Assembly: GCA_028534125.1 (NCBI GenBank)
Contig: CM052816.1
Location: 83,206,001-83,270,000 of the forward strand
Origin: Lama glama
Lineage: Eukaryota
Reading direction: 5' to 3'
DNA: 64,000 bases
Shown here: positions 14,451 through 26,860 of the stretch, one piece after another
How the letters are laid out: each line of letters starts with the position of its first letter
How positions within the stretch are numbered: position 1 is the first letter of the stretch
Program-made: the position numbers and the translations under genes
Notes under the pieces: generated by a model
What the model saw: the letters and a program-made list of their open reading frames with translations, nothing else
Told to the model about the DNA's origin: nothing
The model's database searches: none

Positions 14451-15073
14451 TGATGATTGAAATAATCAGTAAACAATCTATAATATGAATACAAAAGATT
14501 TTTATCTAAGCCAAACTGAGGACTGTAGCCCTTGAAACACAGATTCAAGAAGCACTTGAATTTTGTTTTGCTGGAAAATAGGTGAGGTGTATAAAGGCAA
14601 AAACCACAACATTTAACATACATTGTATGCCAAGAATTAGGATTGGAGCTGGCAAGAAGTAAAGGTGCTTGTTAAGAAAGGACTGGTTGAGGTCCAAAAT
14701 GGTTGCATAAGTTACAAGGGGATCCTTGAGGCCAGTAAGGTTGCAGCTGGCAGCTGCTGGTAAGTATTGTTTGAGAATGGCTGCTTGTGTCCTTGAGTCT
14801 GATACAATTCAGAAGATTCAAGTTCTCAGTAATGCAGGAATGTGTCTAAAACCACATCCAAAACTGCCTCACAGCTCCACTTGGAATACCTCAACCACAG
14901 TTATGCTATTTGATTTTTAAATGCATTTTTCTTTAACTATTAAAGTACATGTATACTATATGTTTAATGGGCCACAAAACAGGCTGTTCTTAGTCAACAT
15001 AAAGTTAAAGTTAAATCATATATAAGCCCGAATGACTTACTCATACCTCAGTATGTGAAAATATCTTCCATCA
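14451..15073 (-). mobile_element. Solo ERV LTR, 623 bp, ERV1-like, with 4-bp TSD GACC
   Basis: Termini TGATG...CATCA (5-bp inverted repeat, TG..CA), flanked on both sides by GACC (14447-14450 and 15074-15077). Orientation is inferred from an R/U5-like region at the left end. Confidence 0.8.
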
Positions 15074-15194
15074 GACCTGTTAGTTGAAGTTCATCATTCA
15101 GCACTCTGGACAGGATAGGACACCGCGTAGAGAAGAGCTGACTGGTGCTATCTTTGAGCAAGCTACCCTCAAGTGGAAATGGCACATATATAAG

Positions 15195-15670
15195 ATAATC
15201 TTGCATTGCTTCATCAGTGCTACAACAGTGCTTTGTAACAAACACCCCCAAGCTCAGTACTTTCAAACAACACATGCTTTATTCTTTTACAGGTCTGTGT
15301 TATCAGTAGGGTGGCTCTGCTTTAGGCTAGTGGCCAGCTTGACTTGGCTTCAGGCTGCAGTGGGTTTCAGGTCTTTCCCTAGGTCTCCACATTCTCTGTA
15401 CCAACATCTAGCTAAAGCATGCTTTTCTCATAACAGGTCACTGAAACACAAACTAGAAACAAACAATGCCCCTTAAAGCCCTGGCTCAAAACTGGCCTGG
15501 TAATTCTGTGCATATTTTCTTGCCCAAAGCAAGTCATGTGAATTCAGATAAATCAGTGGGAACGAAAATTATATAAAATAAACCCTCTGGGGCATTAGAA
15601 GCTCATGTGGCAAAGTGTGATTGTATAATTCCAACACAGGGAGAGAGCAGTACCTGAGGATAATTACTAC
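15195..15670 (-). mobile_element. Old MaLR LTR (MLT1J/K-like)
   Basis: 'tgtaacaaacacccccaagctcagtactttcaaacaac', 'ggctgcagtgggtttcaggtct', 'ggctcaaaactggc...gcccaaagcaagtcatgtg'. Confidence 0.75.
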
Positions 15671-16949
15671 CCCTCAACTACCACTCAAACACACACCTAG
15701 TCATTCTGTCCAAATTTAGCAATCAGACAAGAAGATAGTGGAGTGAGGTAAAACAGTAAGAGGCTTATGGTTACTAATGTATATCCCTTCACAGTATAAA
15801 AATACCAGTAACAGACAAGAAAAATTTCCCTTTAAAAATTAGTACACAATTATTACTGTACTGAGTAAAGGTAATTTAATCAGCATAAAAACAAGTTTGA
15901 TTTTAAAAGGGTCTTTTTAGAGAGTCAGGCAGGGTTACTTCATCTTAACTGAAAATGAGACAAAATAATTATTTTAGATGTTGATGGTCACACACATTAC
16001 AATTTTTATAGGCCTCATTCTATGACAGTTTAAAGAAATTAGGGAAGATGAAACAAGAATTCCTTAGACCCCCATTATTCTACTTTGACGTTATTATTAC
16101 ATCACAGAGTGTGCTCCAAAATCCATGTTAGGACTAAGGCCTTATATACAGTTTGGACTTTTGACAAGAAAATAGAATTCCAAAATTCATTGTGTATGAG
16201 TGAACTGATTTTCTCATTTTTAGAAACCACTAGTTTTACTATAATGCAGAATTTAACTGGACAAAATAGTGGTATGCATGTTGTCAGATTAACAGCTCAA
16301 ACACCTTTCAGGGACAATAGCTTTTATAAAAAAAAAACTTAAATGAGGCTTAAAGAAAGAAAAAATAAATATAGAAATGGGTTACTTTAAGTTTTTCTTA
16401 AATGTATTTTTGGAGCATATTTAAAAATAACTCCTGGAATGAATAATACTTTAAACTTATCTAAATAGAAGCAGAACAAAGAGGTTACTCCTGATTTAGA
16501 ATCTTTGTTCATTTCTCTTCTTTAAAAATTTTGAAAGTTCCTTTGCTTTCAAAAATGCACTTAAAACTAATTGACTTCCTACAGCACCATTCACAAAAAC
16601 TTTTCAAAAGTAAGGAACAATAGGTGATTGTGATTAATGAAAGTTAAATTTTGCCTGTAGCAACGGAAACTTTTGCTTTTAAAAATATTTTTGCTGTAAC
16701 TTTTTTTAAAGATTATAAGCTGCTTTTGCTTTATTAAGATGTCCATATCCATTCAATAGTGATAATATTTAAAGCTAATAATTAGCACACAATATCTCTT
16801 TTTCACTTAATGTATAACATTGATGTTACTTCTCATAAAAGATTCAGGACAGCTTAAAAGACATTCAGTCTAGCTCTGTGTAAGATAAGTATTATATATA
16901 TCACAGATATGTGTATGACATTTTATATGTATATTACATAATGTATCTA

Positions 16950-17460
16950 TAATAGCATAAAATTCTTATATAAGTAATAAATTATTCGTGCTAAGTAGAA
17001 TGTGAAAATTAAATGTTCATACATTAATTCAAAGAAATAAACCTAAACACTAATAAGAAAGTATAGCTATCTGTAATGCCGATAGAGAAAATAAAATACA
17101 ATATTGAAAAATGCTTGATTAATCCACAAAAAGAGAAGAGGGAAAAGGAATTTTACTCAGCATTAAAACATAGTGAATAATTCTTACACTCAACAGCACG
17201 TATGGATCTCAAATGGTATGCAGAGTATAAGAAACAAGACAAAAAAAATCCATATAAGTAAGAGGGTATGTGTGTGTCTGTGTGTGTTTTTGACAAGTTT
17301 TGTGGGGGAAAATACTGCAGAAATTTGATTGCTTCCAGATGAGGAAATTAAGAGAAGGAAAACAGTTTCTAGCCTAAGAAAAATGTTCTATACATTGATA
17401 AAGGTGTAGGTTACATGGGTGAACTATCAAATTTAAATATAGAAATACACTTAATAGGTT
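16950..17460 (+). mobile_element. Old L1M fragments (pre-ORF2 piece joined to L1ME-like 3' UTR)
   Basis: 'aatgcttgattaatccacaaaaag', then 'tactcagcattaaaa...atggatctcaaa', 'aaaatgttctatacattgat'. Confidence 0.6.
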
Positions 17461-17544
17461 TGTTTTCCGTAGTGGTATGAGTCAGCATTTCTAAAATATT
17501 TTCTGTGAGTTCTAGATTTGAAAAAAAAATAGTAATCTTATTCA

Positions 17545-17887
17545 GTTTCTTTTATTACAGATGAAGCAGAGGGTTACAAACACGGAGAAACCAGACTAGA
17601 ATGCCCACTCATTGTAGGTTGAATTCGAATTGTAACTATCAGTATAAATTCATGACTATAAGTATAGATTTACATATAAGCTTTTATATATATATTTTTA
17701 TATAGTGTCTAAATAGTTTTATATATTTGTGTATAGGTATTTATATATGAACCTAAAGGCCAAAGATAAATGTATGTATATGTATGTGTGTTATACATGT
17801 ATATTTGTATTTTTTTCTCGTTCTGCTTTCTGAGGACATCCAGAAGAAATGACATGCCAATACCAGTGAGCTCACAGCATCCGTATC
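17545..17887 (+). mobile_element. L1MC3/4-like 3' UTR, left part (split by an L1 insertion)
   Basis: 'ggagaaaccagactagaat', 'tatcagtataaattcatg', 'ccagaagaaatgacatgccaataccagtgagc'; continues at ~20075. Confidence 0.7.
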
Positions 17888-20070
17888 TTTTTAAACAAAT
17901 TGGTACACTTTCTTCTCTAAGCAGTTCTATGTTTGCAGTAAAATTGAACAGAGTCCAGATAATCCCCATGTATCTATTCATCTTCCCTCCCCCAGTTTCC
18001 CCTATTATCTTGGGTAATAATTTTGCTGCACTGATAGCCAATACTGATATATTATTATTAATAAAAATTCATTTTACATCAAGAATCATTACTTGTGTTG
18101 TACAGTCTATGGGTTTTGGTGAATGTATAATGACACAGACCCACCATTACAGTGTCAAACTAAATAGTTTCACTGCCCTGCTCTACTATTTATTCCTCTT
18201 TCTTTCTCTCCACCCCTACCTTGACCTCTTCAAGAATCACTGATCTTTTTACTGTGTCCATAATTTTGCCTTTTACAGAGTGTCATATAATTGGAATCAT
18301 GCAATATGTAACCTTTTTAGATTGGTTTCTTTCACTTAGCAATATGGATTTGACATTCCTCCATATCGTTCCATGGCTTGAGAACTAATTTATTTTTATT
18401 GCTGAATGACATAATATTGAATGGATTTACCACAGTTTGTTTATCCATTCACTGAAGAACATCTTGGTTGCTTCCAAATTTTGGCAACCTTGAATAAAGT
18501 TGCTATAAACACTTGTGTGCAGGTTTTTGCATGACATAAGTTTTGAGCTCATTTGGAGAAATACCTTGGAACATGATTACTGGGTCATATGGTAAGACTA
18601 AGTTTAGTTTTGTAAGAAATACCCAAAGTGGATGCTCTGTTTTGCATTCCCACAAGCAATAAATGAGAATTCCTGCTGGTCCCTATCCTCACCAGCATTT
18701 AGTGTTGTCAGTGTTTTTTATTTTAGCCATTCTAATAGGTGTGTAGTGGCATCTCATTATTTTAATTTGCAATTTTCTAATGAAATATAATGTCATTTTT
18801 TCATGTGCTTATTTGCTGCTTGTGTATATTTTTGGTGAGCTTTCTGTTCATATATTTTCCCTCTTTTAATTGTTTTATTTTCTTTTTGTTGAATTTTAAG
18901 AGTTCTTAATATATTTTAGATTATAGTCCTGTATCAGATAAATCTTTTGAAATTTCTCCCAACATGACTTGTGTATTTATTCTCTTAATAGTGTCTTTCA
19001 CAGAGCAGAAGTTTTTAATGTTAATGAATTCCAACTTACCATGTGTTTTCCTTTCATGGATGGTGCCTTAGGTATTATAACTAAAAAATCATTCCCAAAC
19101 CCTGTATAACCTATATAGAATTCTATAGTTTTGCTTACATATAAGTCTATAATCAGTTTTGAGTTATTTTTTTGTAGGATGTATAAGGTCTCTGTTTGGG
19201 CTTAATTTTTATTTCTTATTTTTGCATGTGGATGTCTAGTTCTGATAACACATTTGTTCAAAATATTATCCTTCTCTACTGAATGCCTTTTCTACTTTGT
19301 CAAAGATCAGTTGACTGTATGTATTTAGGTCTACTTCTGGTCTCTCTATTCTGTTTTATTGATTTATTTGTCTTTTCTGCCAATACCATATTATCTTGAT
19401 TACTGTAGCTTTGTAGTTACTCTTGAAATTAGATAGTGTCAGTCCTATGACTTTGCCCTCCTTTGAGAAAAGACTCTGCTGGGTCTTTTGCTTTTCCATA
19501 TATACTTCAGAATCAGTTTGTCAATATCCACAAAATAAGTTGTTGGGATATTGATGGAGATTTCATTGAACCTATATGTCCGTTTGGGAGGAACTGACAT
19601 CTTGACAATATTGAGTCTTTCTATCCATATATGTATAACATCTTTTCATTTATTGAGATCCTTTCACCAGAGATTTGTAGTTTTCTTTATATACAGATCT
19701 TGCTTGTTAGATTTGTACTTAAATATTTTTGGTGTTAATTTAAACAGTATTGTTTTTAAATTTCAAATTCAATTGTTTGTTGCTGTTATATAAGAAAGTA
19801 AATGACTCATGTTTTAAACCTGTATCCTGCAATCTTCCAATAACTGCTCACTAGTTATCAGGAGGTTTTTTTGTTGTTGTTGTTGACTTTTTGGGATTTT
19901 CAACGTAGACAATCTTGTAATCTGCAAATGAATACAATTTTATTTCTTCCTTCCTAATCTATGTACATTTTATAAGTTCTTTTCTTGTCTTATTGCATTA
20001 GCTAGGACTTCCATTACAATGTTGATTAGGAGAGGTGAAAATGGACATCCTTTACCTTGTTCCCATATTT
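17888..20070 (-). mobile_element. 5'-truncated L1 (L1MC1/2-like)
   Basis: L1MC-type 3' end 'tgttgtacagtctatgggttttgg...aatagtttcactgccct', followed by continuous antisense ORF2 to 'ggacatcctttaccttgttccc'. Confidence 0.9.
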
Positions 20071-20480
20071 TAAGTTTTAAATACCATTTTCCCCTGAAAG
20101 AATCCAGGGATCACTAGAGGAAAGTCATTTTCCTGGATATGCTAAGAAAGACTAAGGCAAACTTGAAATATCTCATAGTGCTAGAAATGAAGGAAATAGT
20201 CAAAAAACAATGGAGACATAGGGAAAGGAAATGTGGGCTAGCTTGAAGAGGCTTTCACTGGGCAAATCTGGGACAATTTGGAATTTATATTAGATAATAG
20301 TATTGTATGGGTATCAGATGTCCTGATTTTGATAATTGTTTCATGGTTAAGTAATAGACTATTTCTCTTCTTGGGATATACATACTAATTATTTAGTTCT
20401 AACAGAGCATACTGTATCTAACTTCAGAGGAATGGTGAATTTGGACAAAGGACAGTTGTACTAGTCCTGCAACTTGTGTG
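20071..20480 (+). mobile_element. L1MC3/4-like 3' UTR, right part
   Basis: 'taaataccattttccc...aatccaggg', 'gcttgaagaggctttcactgggcaaatctgggacaatttg', 'ttagataatagtattgtat...tcctgattttgataattgt'. Confidence 0.7.
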
Positions 20481-21439
20481 TCTGTGTGTGTATTTTGTAC
20501 ACACACATTTATTTTTACCTTCTCTTCCAAGATAGTTGAAAATACAGTAGATCCAGGCATAGTGTTTTTACTGTAAGTGAAAATGGATACATGAAGCCTT
20601 ATATATTACTTTCTAATTGGTATTTCAAAAGGGATATATTATAATGGATGAGATTCACAAAAAAACATAAAAATTACTTAAAAGAGACACACAAAAAAAT
20701 CCTTGTACTTAAAGTAGTTTTGAAAATTCTTAAACAAAAAAATGGTGTAATAAAATGAACCACACAGCAAATGGTATCCTCATACAAACAGAATGGAAGG
20801 TTTCCAAACACAGTTTCTCATCACACCCCTAAAAAGAAGTTAATGGCAATATCTTTGCTGCTTTCTGATGGTTATTTTTACAACAGGAGTAGATTGTAGA
20901 TTAATGGGTGGGCCTCATAATTGTTGTAACAGCTTTTTTTCCCATACTTATGCTTTTGGAAGCCATTACACAATTGACTGCTAAACTGTGACGTGTTGAG
21001 AACTTATTAGCTTCCATGCTTTGTGCTAGGGATTAGTATACAGTTGGTCTTTTGATGCTTTTCAGGAGACCTGCAACTTTTAATAGTTTGCTTTAAATCA
21101 CACAAGAATTAGTGTACAGAGTCAAACTCGTATTCTAGCTACGTTATTATAAATCCTGTGTAATATAACTTAGTTCTCTGCAACAAACATTGCCAAATGA
21201 AATAGTGATGGTGTATGCGAAATGATTTCAATATGCATCTGTCAATGAAAGTAATTTTCATCAGCACAAATTCATTGAGCATCTAAAATGATTTTTTTTT
21301 TTACTATCATTAAATATACAAGGAATGACTATACCCACAGGAGATGTGGCAAAAAAAAAAAAAGTACTAGGCACTCTGCATAAAACTAAAAATAAAAGTT
21401 ATCTTTTTGCTAAAAACAAACCAATTGCATAGAAAGTAT

Positions 21440-21670
21440 TTTCACATTGTACCAAGATAGTATTCATTAAGGATATCAACATATATCACTTAAAGAGGCA
21501 TTCTACATCTAAATAAATTTGGGAAACACTGAATTAAACACATTTAAAAACTCTTGCTGGATATTTCAGAGCATTTAGTATGCAAACTCCTGATGGTGTA
21601 TCACTTGGAAGTTAATAGAATATGCAGTGTACGTCCAATTCAAATTGGTGTAGAACCACTGTTTCCTTCC
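21440..21670. mobile_element. Non-autonomous hAT-Charlie MER-type DNA transposon relic
   Basis: 'aaataaatttgggaaacactgaattaaaca...tcagagcatttagtatgc...atatgcagtgt' resembles recalled Charlie-derived MER sequence; subfamily uncertain. Confidence 0.5.
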
Positions 21671-22203
21671 TCACATTTTTTTTTTAATCTCAGGGAAGCA
21701 GTTTCAGGCTTCAAGCACTGCAGTTAGAGAAAGACTGGGATGATGTTAGAAGGCTTCAAGATGGAGGTAGAAGAAGTTGGGAAAATGGTCAAATTCATCT
21801 AATTGGAAGGAAGTGCCTAGACATTTCATGTATTTTGAAAAGAAAAATGAAAGACTGAGTGGAAAAAAAAAGTTACTTGATGAGAAGAAGTCTTCCTTGC
21901 AAGAATGTATAACCTCTACTGTCACTGAGATAAATGTCAGTGGAAAGTGAGGAAATGAAATGTTGAATAGAGATTCGAGTAACAATAAATGCATGAGGCA
22001 TCTCAAAAACAGTAACACTATGGAGAAAGCATTGTAATAAAATTGTATTGTGTTTGGGTAGTATCAACGGGTTGGAGAAAAAGACAGTAATACCTATAAA
22101 GGTGAGAGGGACTAATTTGTAGATCAAGGGTCTCGAAGGTGTCTGTCCTTGGAAAGGCTGTTGGATAGTGCCTTCTCTGAGGCAGAGAGACACCAGGCTA
22201 GAT

Positions 22204-22553
22204 CAGGTGTTCTCATATGTGACCACTTGCTCAGCAGCCTCACTGTCACCTGGGGACTAGTTTGAAATACAGATTCTTGGGCTCTGTCTTAGCTTGGATG
22301 GCGAAAACAAATTTCCATAGACTAGATGGCTTAGACCACAAGTATTTATTTCTCACAGTTCTGGAGGCTAGAAGTTCAAGATCAAGGTGCCAGCATGAGC
22401 AAGTTCTTAATGTGAATCCTTTCCCTGGTTAAGAGAGGGCTACCTTCCTAATTGCTTCTAGCAGTGGAGTTGGGGCGGGGGGGGACCTGAGAATCTGTGT
22501 TTTTACAAACCCTCCAGGTGTTTGTTTTTTTCCTTAATTTTGAGAACCAATGT
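22204..22553 (+). mobile_element. MER5A-like hAT element interrupted by an MLT1 fragment
   Basis: Left arm 'caggtgttctca...agcagcctcactgtcacctggggactagtttgaaatacagattcttgggc'; right arm 'gaatctgtgttttacaaaccctccaggtg...tttgagaaccaatg'. Confidence 0.8.
22285..22450 (-). mobile_element. MaLR LTR 3' fragment (MLT1A/MST-like)
   Basis: 'tgtcttag...tttatttctcacagttctggaggctagaagttcaagatcaaggtgccagca'. Confidence 0.85.
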
Positions 22554-22964
22554 ATATGATGTTACTTCTGAGGATATATTGATGTTTTCAAAAAGATAGT
22601 GTATCTTCAAAGAATTTGACATAAAAACCTCTGAAAATACGATGATCAAAGCTTCAGTCCTTTTAAGAAAGATGATTATATCACTAATTGAGAATGAAGA
22701 AGACTGAGAATTAAGAACTCCTGTGAAATGCAAGGTATTTTTTTTTACAAGATATGAATTAAAGAAGAGAGAAGAGTACAGGTGAAACAAGAAAAGATGA
22801 AGCATTTGATTTACTTAATCCAGTTCCTCAAAAAATGTTCTACAGTTTAAGAACATGACTGGTGAAAGCAGACAGAATGGATGACACAGAATCAGGTGCG
22901 TTTTTTACAGGGTTTGCAAGTGATTGTGATTCTGTTGTGGTATTAGTCAGCATTGAAAGGAACA

Positions 22965-23440
22965 CCCATTTTTTTATTGGATTATTTGGGGGTTTCTTGC
23001 TGTTTAGTTGTATGAGTTCCTTACGTATTTTGGATAATGACCCCTTATCAGGTATATGATTTGCAAATATTTTCTCCCATTCTGTAGGTTGCCTTTTCAT
23101 TTTGTTGATCATTTCTTTTACTCTGCAGAAGCTTTTTAGTTTGTAGTCACACTTGTTTATTTTTTTTTATTTCATTGATTGTGCTTTAGGTGTCATATCA
23201 AACAAAAAATCATTCTCTAGACTCTATCAAGGACTTCTTCCCTATATATTCTTCTAAGAATTTTAAGGTATCAGGTCTTATGATTAAGTCTTTAATCCAC
23301 TAGAATTAATTTTTGTGAGTATGTAAGATATGGGTCAAGTTATATTCTTTTACATGTGAATATACAATTTTCCCAGCATCATTTATTGAACATACTGTCT
23401 ATTCTCCATTGAGTATTCTTGGCTCCCTTGTCAAATATTA
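22965..23440 (-). mobile_element. Inverted 5' segment of a twin-primed L1 (ORF2 C-terminal region)
   Basis: Minus-strand ORF 22840-23112 reads '[45 protein letters not shown]', an L1 ORF2p C-terminal sequence. Confidence 0.9.
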
Positions 23441-24402
23441 TGGGCAAAGAACCTGAATAGACATTTTCCCAAAGAAGATATTCAAATGGCCAACAGGTAC
23501 ATGAAAAGGTACTCAACATCATTAATCATTAAGGAATGCAAATCAAAACTGCAATGAGATACCACCTCACACCTGTTAGTATGGCGATCATCAAAAAGAT
23601 GATAGCAAATGCTAGCAAGGATGTAGAGAAAAGGGAACCCTTGTGAACTGTTGGTGGGAATGTAAATTGGTGCAGCCACTATAGAAAACAGTATAGAGGT
23701 TTCTCAAAAAACTAAAAAGAGAACGATCATATGATCCAGCAATTCCACTTCTGAGTATATATCTGAAAGAAACAAAATCACTATGTCAAAGATGTATCTG
23801 CACTCCCATGTTCATTGCAGCTTTGCAATGTCCAAGACAGGTAAACAACACAGCTGTCCATTGAAAGATGAATGGATAAAGAAAATGTGAGATATATACA
23901 TACACATATAGGGAATGGGATATTATTTAGTCATAAAAAAGCAAGGAAATCCTGACATTTGCAACCACAGAGATGGACCTTGAAGGCATTAGGCTAAGTG
24001 AAGTAAGTCAGACAGAGAAAGATAAGTACTGTAGGATCTCACTTGTATGTGAAATCTCAAAATAGCTAAACTTACAGAAAAGGAGATCAGATCTGTGGTT
24101 GCCAGAGGAGATGGTAGGTGGTGAGAGAATTGAGTGAAAGTTGTCAAAAGGTGCAAACTTCCAGTTATAAGACAAATACGAATGAGGGGTATAATGTACA
24201 ACATGATGGCTATAGTTAACACTGCTGTGTGGTATATTCGGAAGCTGCTAAGAGAGTAGATCCTAAAAGGTCTCATCACAAGAAAAAAAAACTTGTGATT
24301 ATATGAAGTGATGGATGTTAAATTATTGTGGTAATCATTTTGCAATATATATATGTCAAGTCATGGAAGGGAGGGAAGTGGGGAGGGAAGGAGGAAGAAA
24401 GC
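23441..24402 (+). mobile_element. Sense 3' segment of the same L1 (L1MA9-like) with purine-rich tail
   Basis: Starts 'tgggcaaagaacctgaatagacatttt' (WAKNLNRHF), runs through the ORF2 end and 3' UTR 'gctaagagagtagatcctaaaagg', and ends in a GGAA-rich tail. Confidence 0.9.
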
Positions 24403-25189
24403 AAAGAAAGACTCATGCAATTCTGACTCCTTAAAAGGAAGAAGTGAAATTAGATCTGGATGATGTCTGAGAATGTAGGAGGGGACTGAGGTTTACATTT
24501 CCCAACAAATGCAAAAACTAGATTCATTAGTTGAGATACTGTTTTCAGAATTAAGGATACTTAGGTTGTCACTGATGGAACAGTTCCAGGTGATGAAGAC
24601 CTGTGTGGTGCCACAGAGTTAATGAATAATTACACTAGGTTTTGGCCGACTGTCACTGGAGTCAGTTAATTTTTTAAATTGTTAGACCAGGGTGAAAACT
24701 AGTGTGGAGTTTGGCGTGGAGTTTGATGTTTTCAAGGATATTAGCTGGAGAAGAGAGGAAAAATATATTTGAGGAGGAAATGCTAAAGTTATTAAAGAAG
24801 TTGGCAGTACACTATATGAGAATATTGAGAGGTCAAATAAAATAGGAAGGAAAAAGTAAGGAAATTGGTGTGAGATGAGAAGGAGTAGTTGAACAAAGGT
24901 TTTAAAGCAGTTTGCAGAATTAGGAAACATGCTGATCTCTCTTTTTATTCCAGCAGACTGAGGCCAGTAGGTAAAATGTATCTCTAAAGGAGTCATAAGA
25001 AGTCAAGTCACAGTCAGGTCAGAGGTTGGTTTTACTTCACGCAAGAATATATGAAGTCCTTTTGGGAAACGTAGAAAAGTAGTAAAATGGAAGAATGCCC
25101 CCAATAGATCAAGGCACGATGCAAAGAAGAATGAAGAATTAGACTTGAAAAGTCTACACTCGGGAATAGAAGACCTGTTTATTGTTTAT

Positions 25190-25500
25190 CCAGTGTGGGA
25201 ATCCCCTCTGTAATAACCTGACAGGTAATAATAACAGGGAGTTTAATAGTTTGCGACAGAATCTGTTCCATTGCTGGTTAGCTGCAATTATTTGAAATTT
25301 AACCAATAATTTGAGATTAGATTACTCTTCTTCCTAAAATTTTTACTCAGTGGTTTTATGATTGTCTTCCGAAGGTACATGAAAATATTATCATATTTTA
25401 TTTCTCTATGACACTGTCAAATATTGAATTATAGCTATGTTTTCTGCTAAGTCTTTTCTTCTCCAAATTAAATACCTTCAATTCCTTTATTGATTTAATC
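25190..25500 (-). mobile_element. CR1/L3 LINE fragment
   Basis: 'aaatattgaattatagctatgttttctgctaagtcttttcttctccaaattaaataccttcaattccttta' resembles the antisense L3 RT 3' region. Confidence 0.55.
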
Positions 25501-26279
25501 TGTATTCTGATTCCCTGTTTACCAGGTCACTGTTTGATTTTATATAAATTACTTGGATGGCTTTACCTATTTGTGAGGGAATGTAATATTGATTGACACT
25601 AATATCTGGTACTTACTTCCTCACACTGAAATATTCCAATAGAATTAAGGAAGAAACTAAGCATCAAAAATTTTATTGTTGTATTTTTAAGTCTAAAATA
25701 TCATTGACTAAATTAATCCTGGAGAATTCTAAGCCCCCAAAAGTCTGATGGACCAATCAAAATGATAACTGCTGAATATTATCATACTTCTCTTGAATGA
25801 TACAATATTTATATGAAGACTATGATATTTTTCTTTTTAAAAGTATTGCTGATTATATTTTTCCATGTCATGATATCTCTGAATAATGTACAGCAAAATG
25901 TACATATTGTTAGCAATTCATGTGCATTAAAATTTCTTAACTAGGTACATACATTTTAGTTTCCTTATCTTTATAACAGAGCTTAAAATTTTGGCTTAGT
26001 TCAATATCAGTTGAATCAACTTTAACCATGGACATGATTGTGTTTCCAATGGCTTAGGCATCAACACTTGAAATAAATAAGGTCAGATTTTTAAAAATTA
26101 GGCTGTATATGTATATTATGAGAATAAATCAAATCAAACTATAAATATTATTTGTACTGATGGACCATCCAAAACAAATGAGCACACAGAAAATGTCTTT
26201 GGTGGAAGAATGGGTTTTCCCACCATCAAGGAAACCTATACCAGAAAAACAAACAAAGACTCCCAAACTGATATTCATA

Positions 26280-26540
26280 TTGGAGTTATGCCTCTTAAAA
26301 TAAACTGAGAAGTATATTCCTCCCCTGTTTTTTAAAAGATTTTGTGAGATTGGTATGACTCATCGTTAAATATTTAATAAAAATTTACCTGAAACCATGT
26401 AAGCCTAAGGTTTTCTTGTTAGAAAGTTTTTTTTTCATAGAAGTTCAACTCTTTTAACAAACACAGGAATATGTGTTTATAATTATAATATATATATAAA
26501 AGTATAATTATAATACTTCTCTTTAAAATTTTGGGAATTC
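26280..26540 (-). mobile_element. Old L1M ORF2 fragment
   Basis: 'tttgtgagattggtat...aatttacctgaaaccatgtaagcctaaggttttcttgttagaaag'. Confidence 0.6.
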
Positions 26541-26544
26541 GTAT

Positions 26545-26860
26545 CCCCACATGAATGCAGTGCCTTGCCCTCTGTCTTTGTAGTGATTAGGAACTAATGA
26601 GCAGACAGTGTCAGTGTCCACAGACCTGGTCACCGAGACCATGTCAGTCTGTTCTAGCCTAGACGCCATACCTGGCTCAGGGTCTCCAGTTGAGGCTCCT
26701 GCTGGTTCACCATGTGGTCCACCCTCATCATCTAGTTGTCGTAGTAGTGGTAGCAGTTGTTGTTTGTAGAGGTGCGACTTGTGAATTAAGTAGGGATATG
26801 ATGGGTGCCATTAATCCTTTGATGCTTAAGACAGACCAAAATGACTCCAACCACCACCTC
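26545..26860 (-). pseudogene. Decayed ERVL pol (reverse transcriptase N-terminal) remnant
   Basis: Manual minus-strand translation with frameshifts gives GLMAPIISLLNSQVAPLQ / MRVDHMVNQ / PGMASRLEQTDMVSVTRSVDTD...AFMW. This is colinear with ERVL RT motifs (SPFNSPIWPVQK, WRMTVDYRKLNQ, VPDVVSLLEQI, QFAFSW). Confidence 0.7.

Noticed and set aside
15084..15476. 130-aa ORF as a candidate gene
   Set aside because: Mostly overlaps an antisense MLT1 LTR, has a non-ATG start and shows no recognisable domain.
17709..18243. 157-aa and 110-aa ORFs
   Set aside because: They span the junction of two L1 3' UTRs and low-complexity TA/TG sequence.
21720..25140. Purine-rich stretches (21.7-22.2 and 24.45-25.14 kb) as coding exons
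   Set aside because: No sustained ORF or paired splice sites; more likely very old antisense L2 remnants, too decayed to call confidently.
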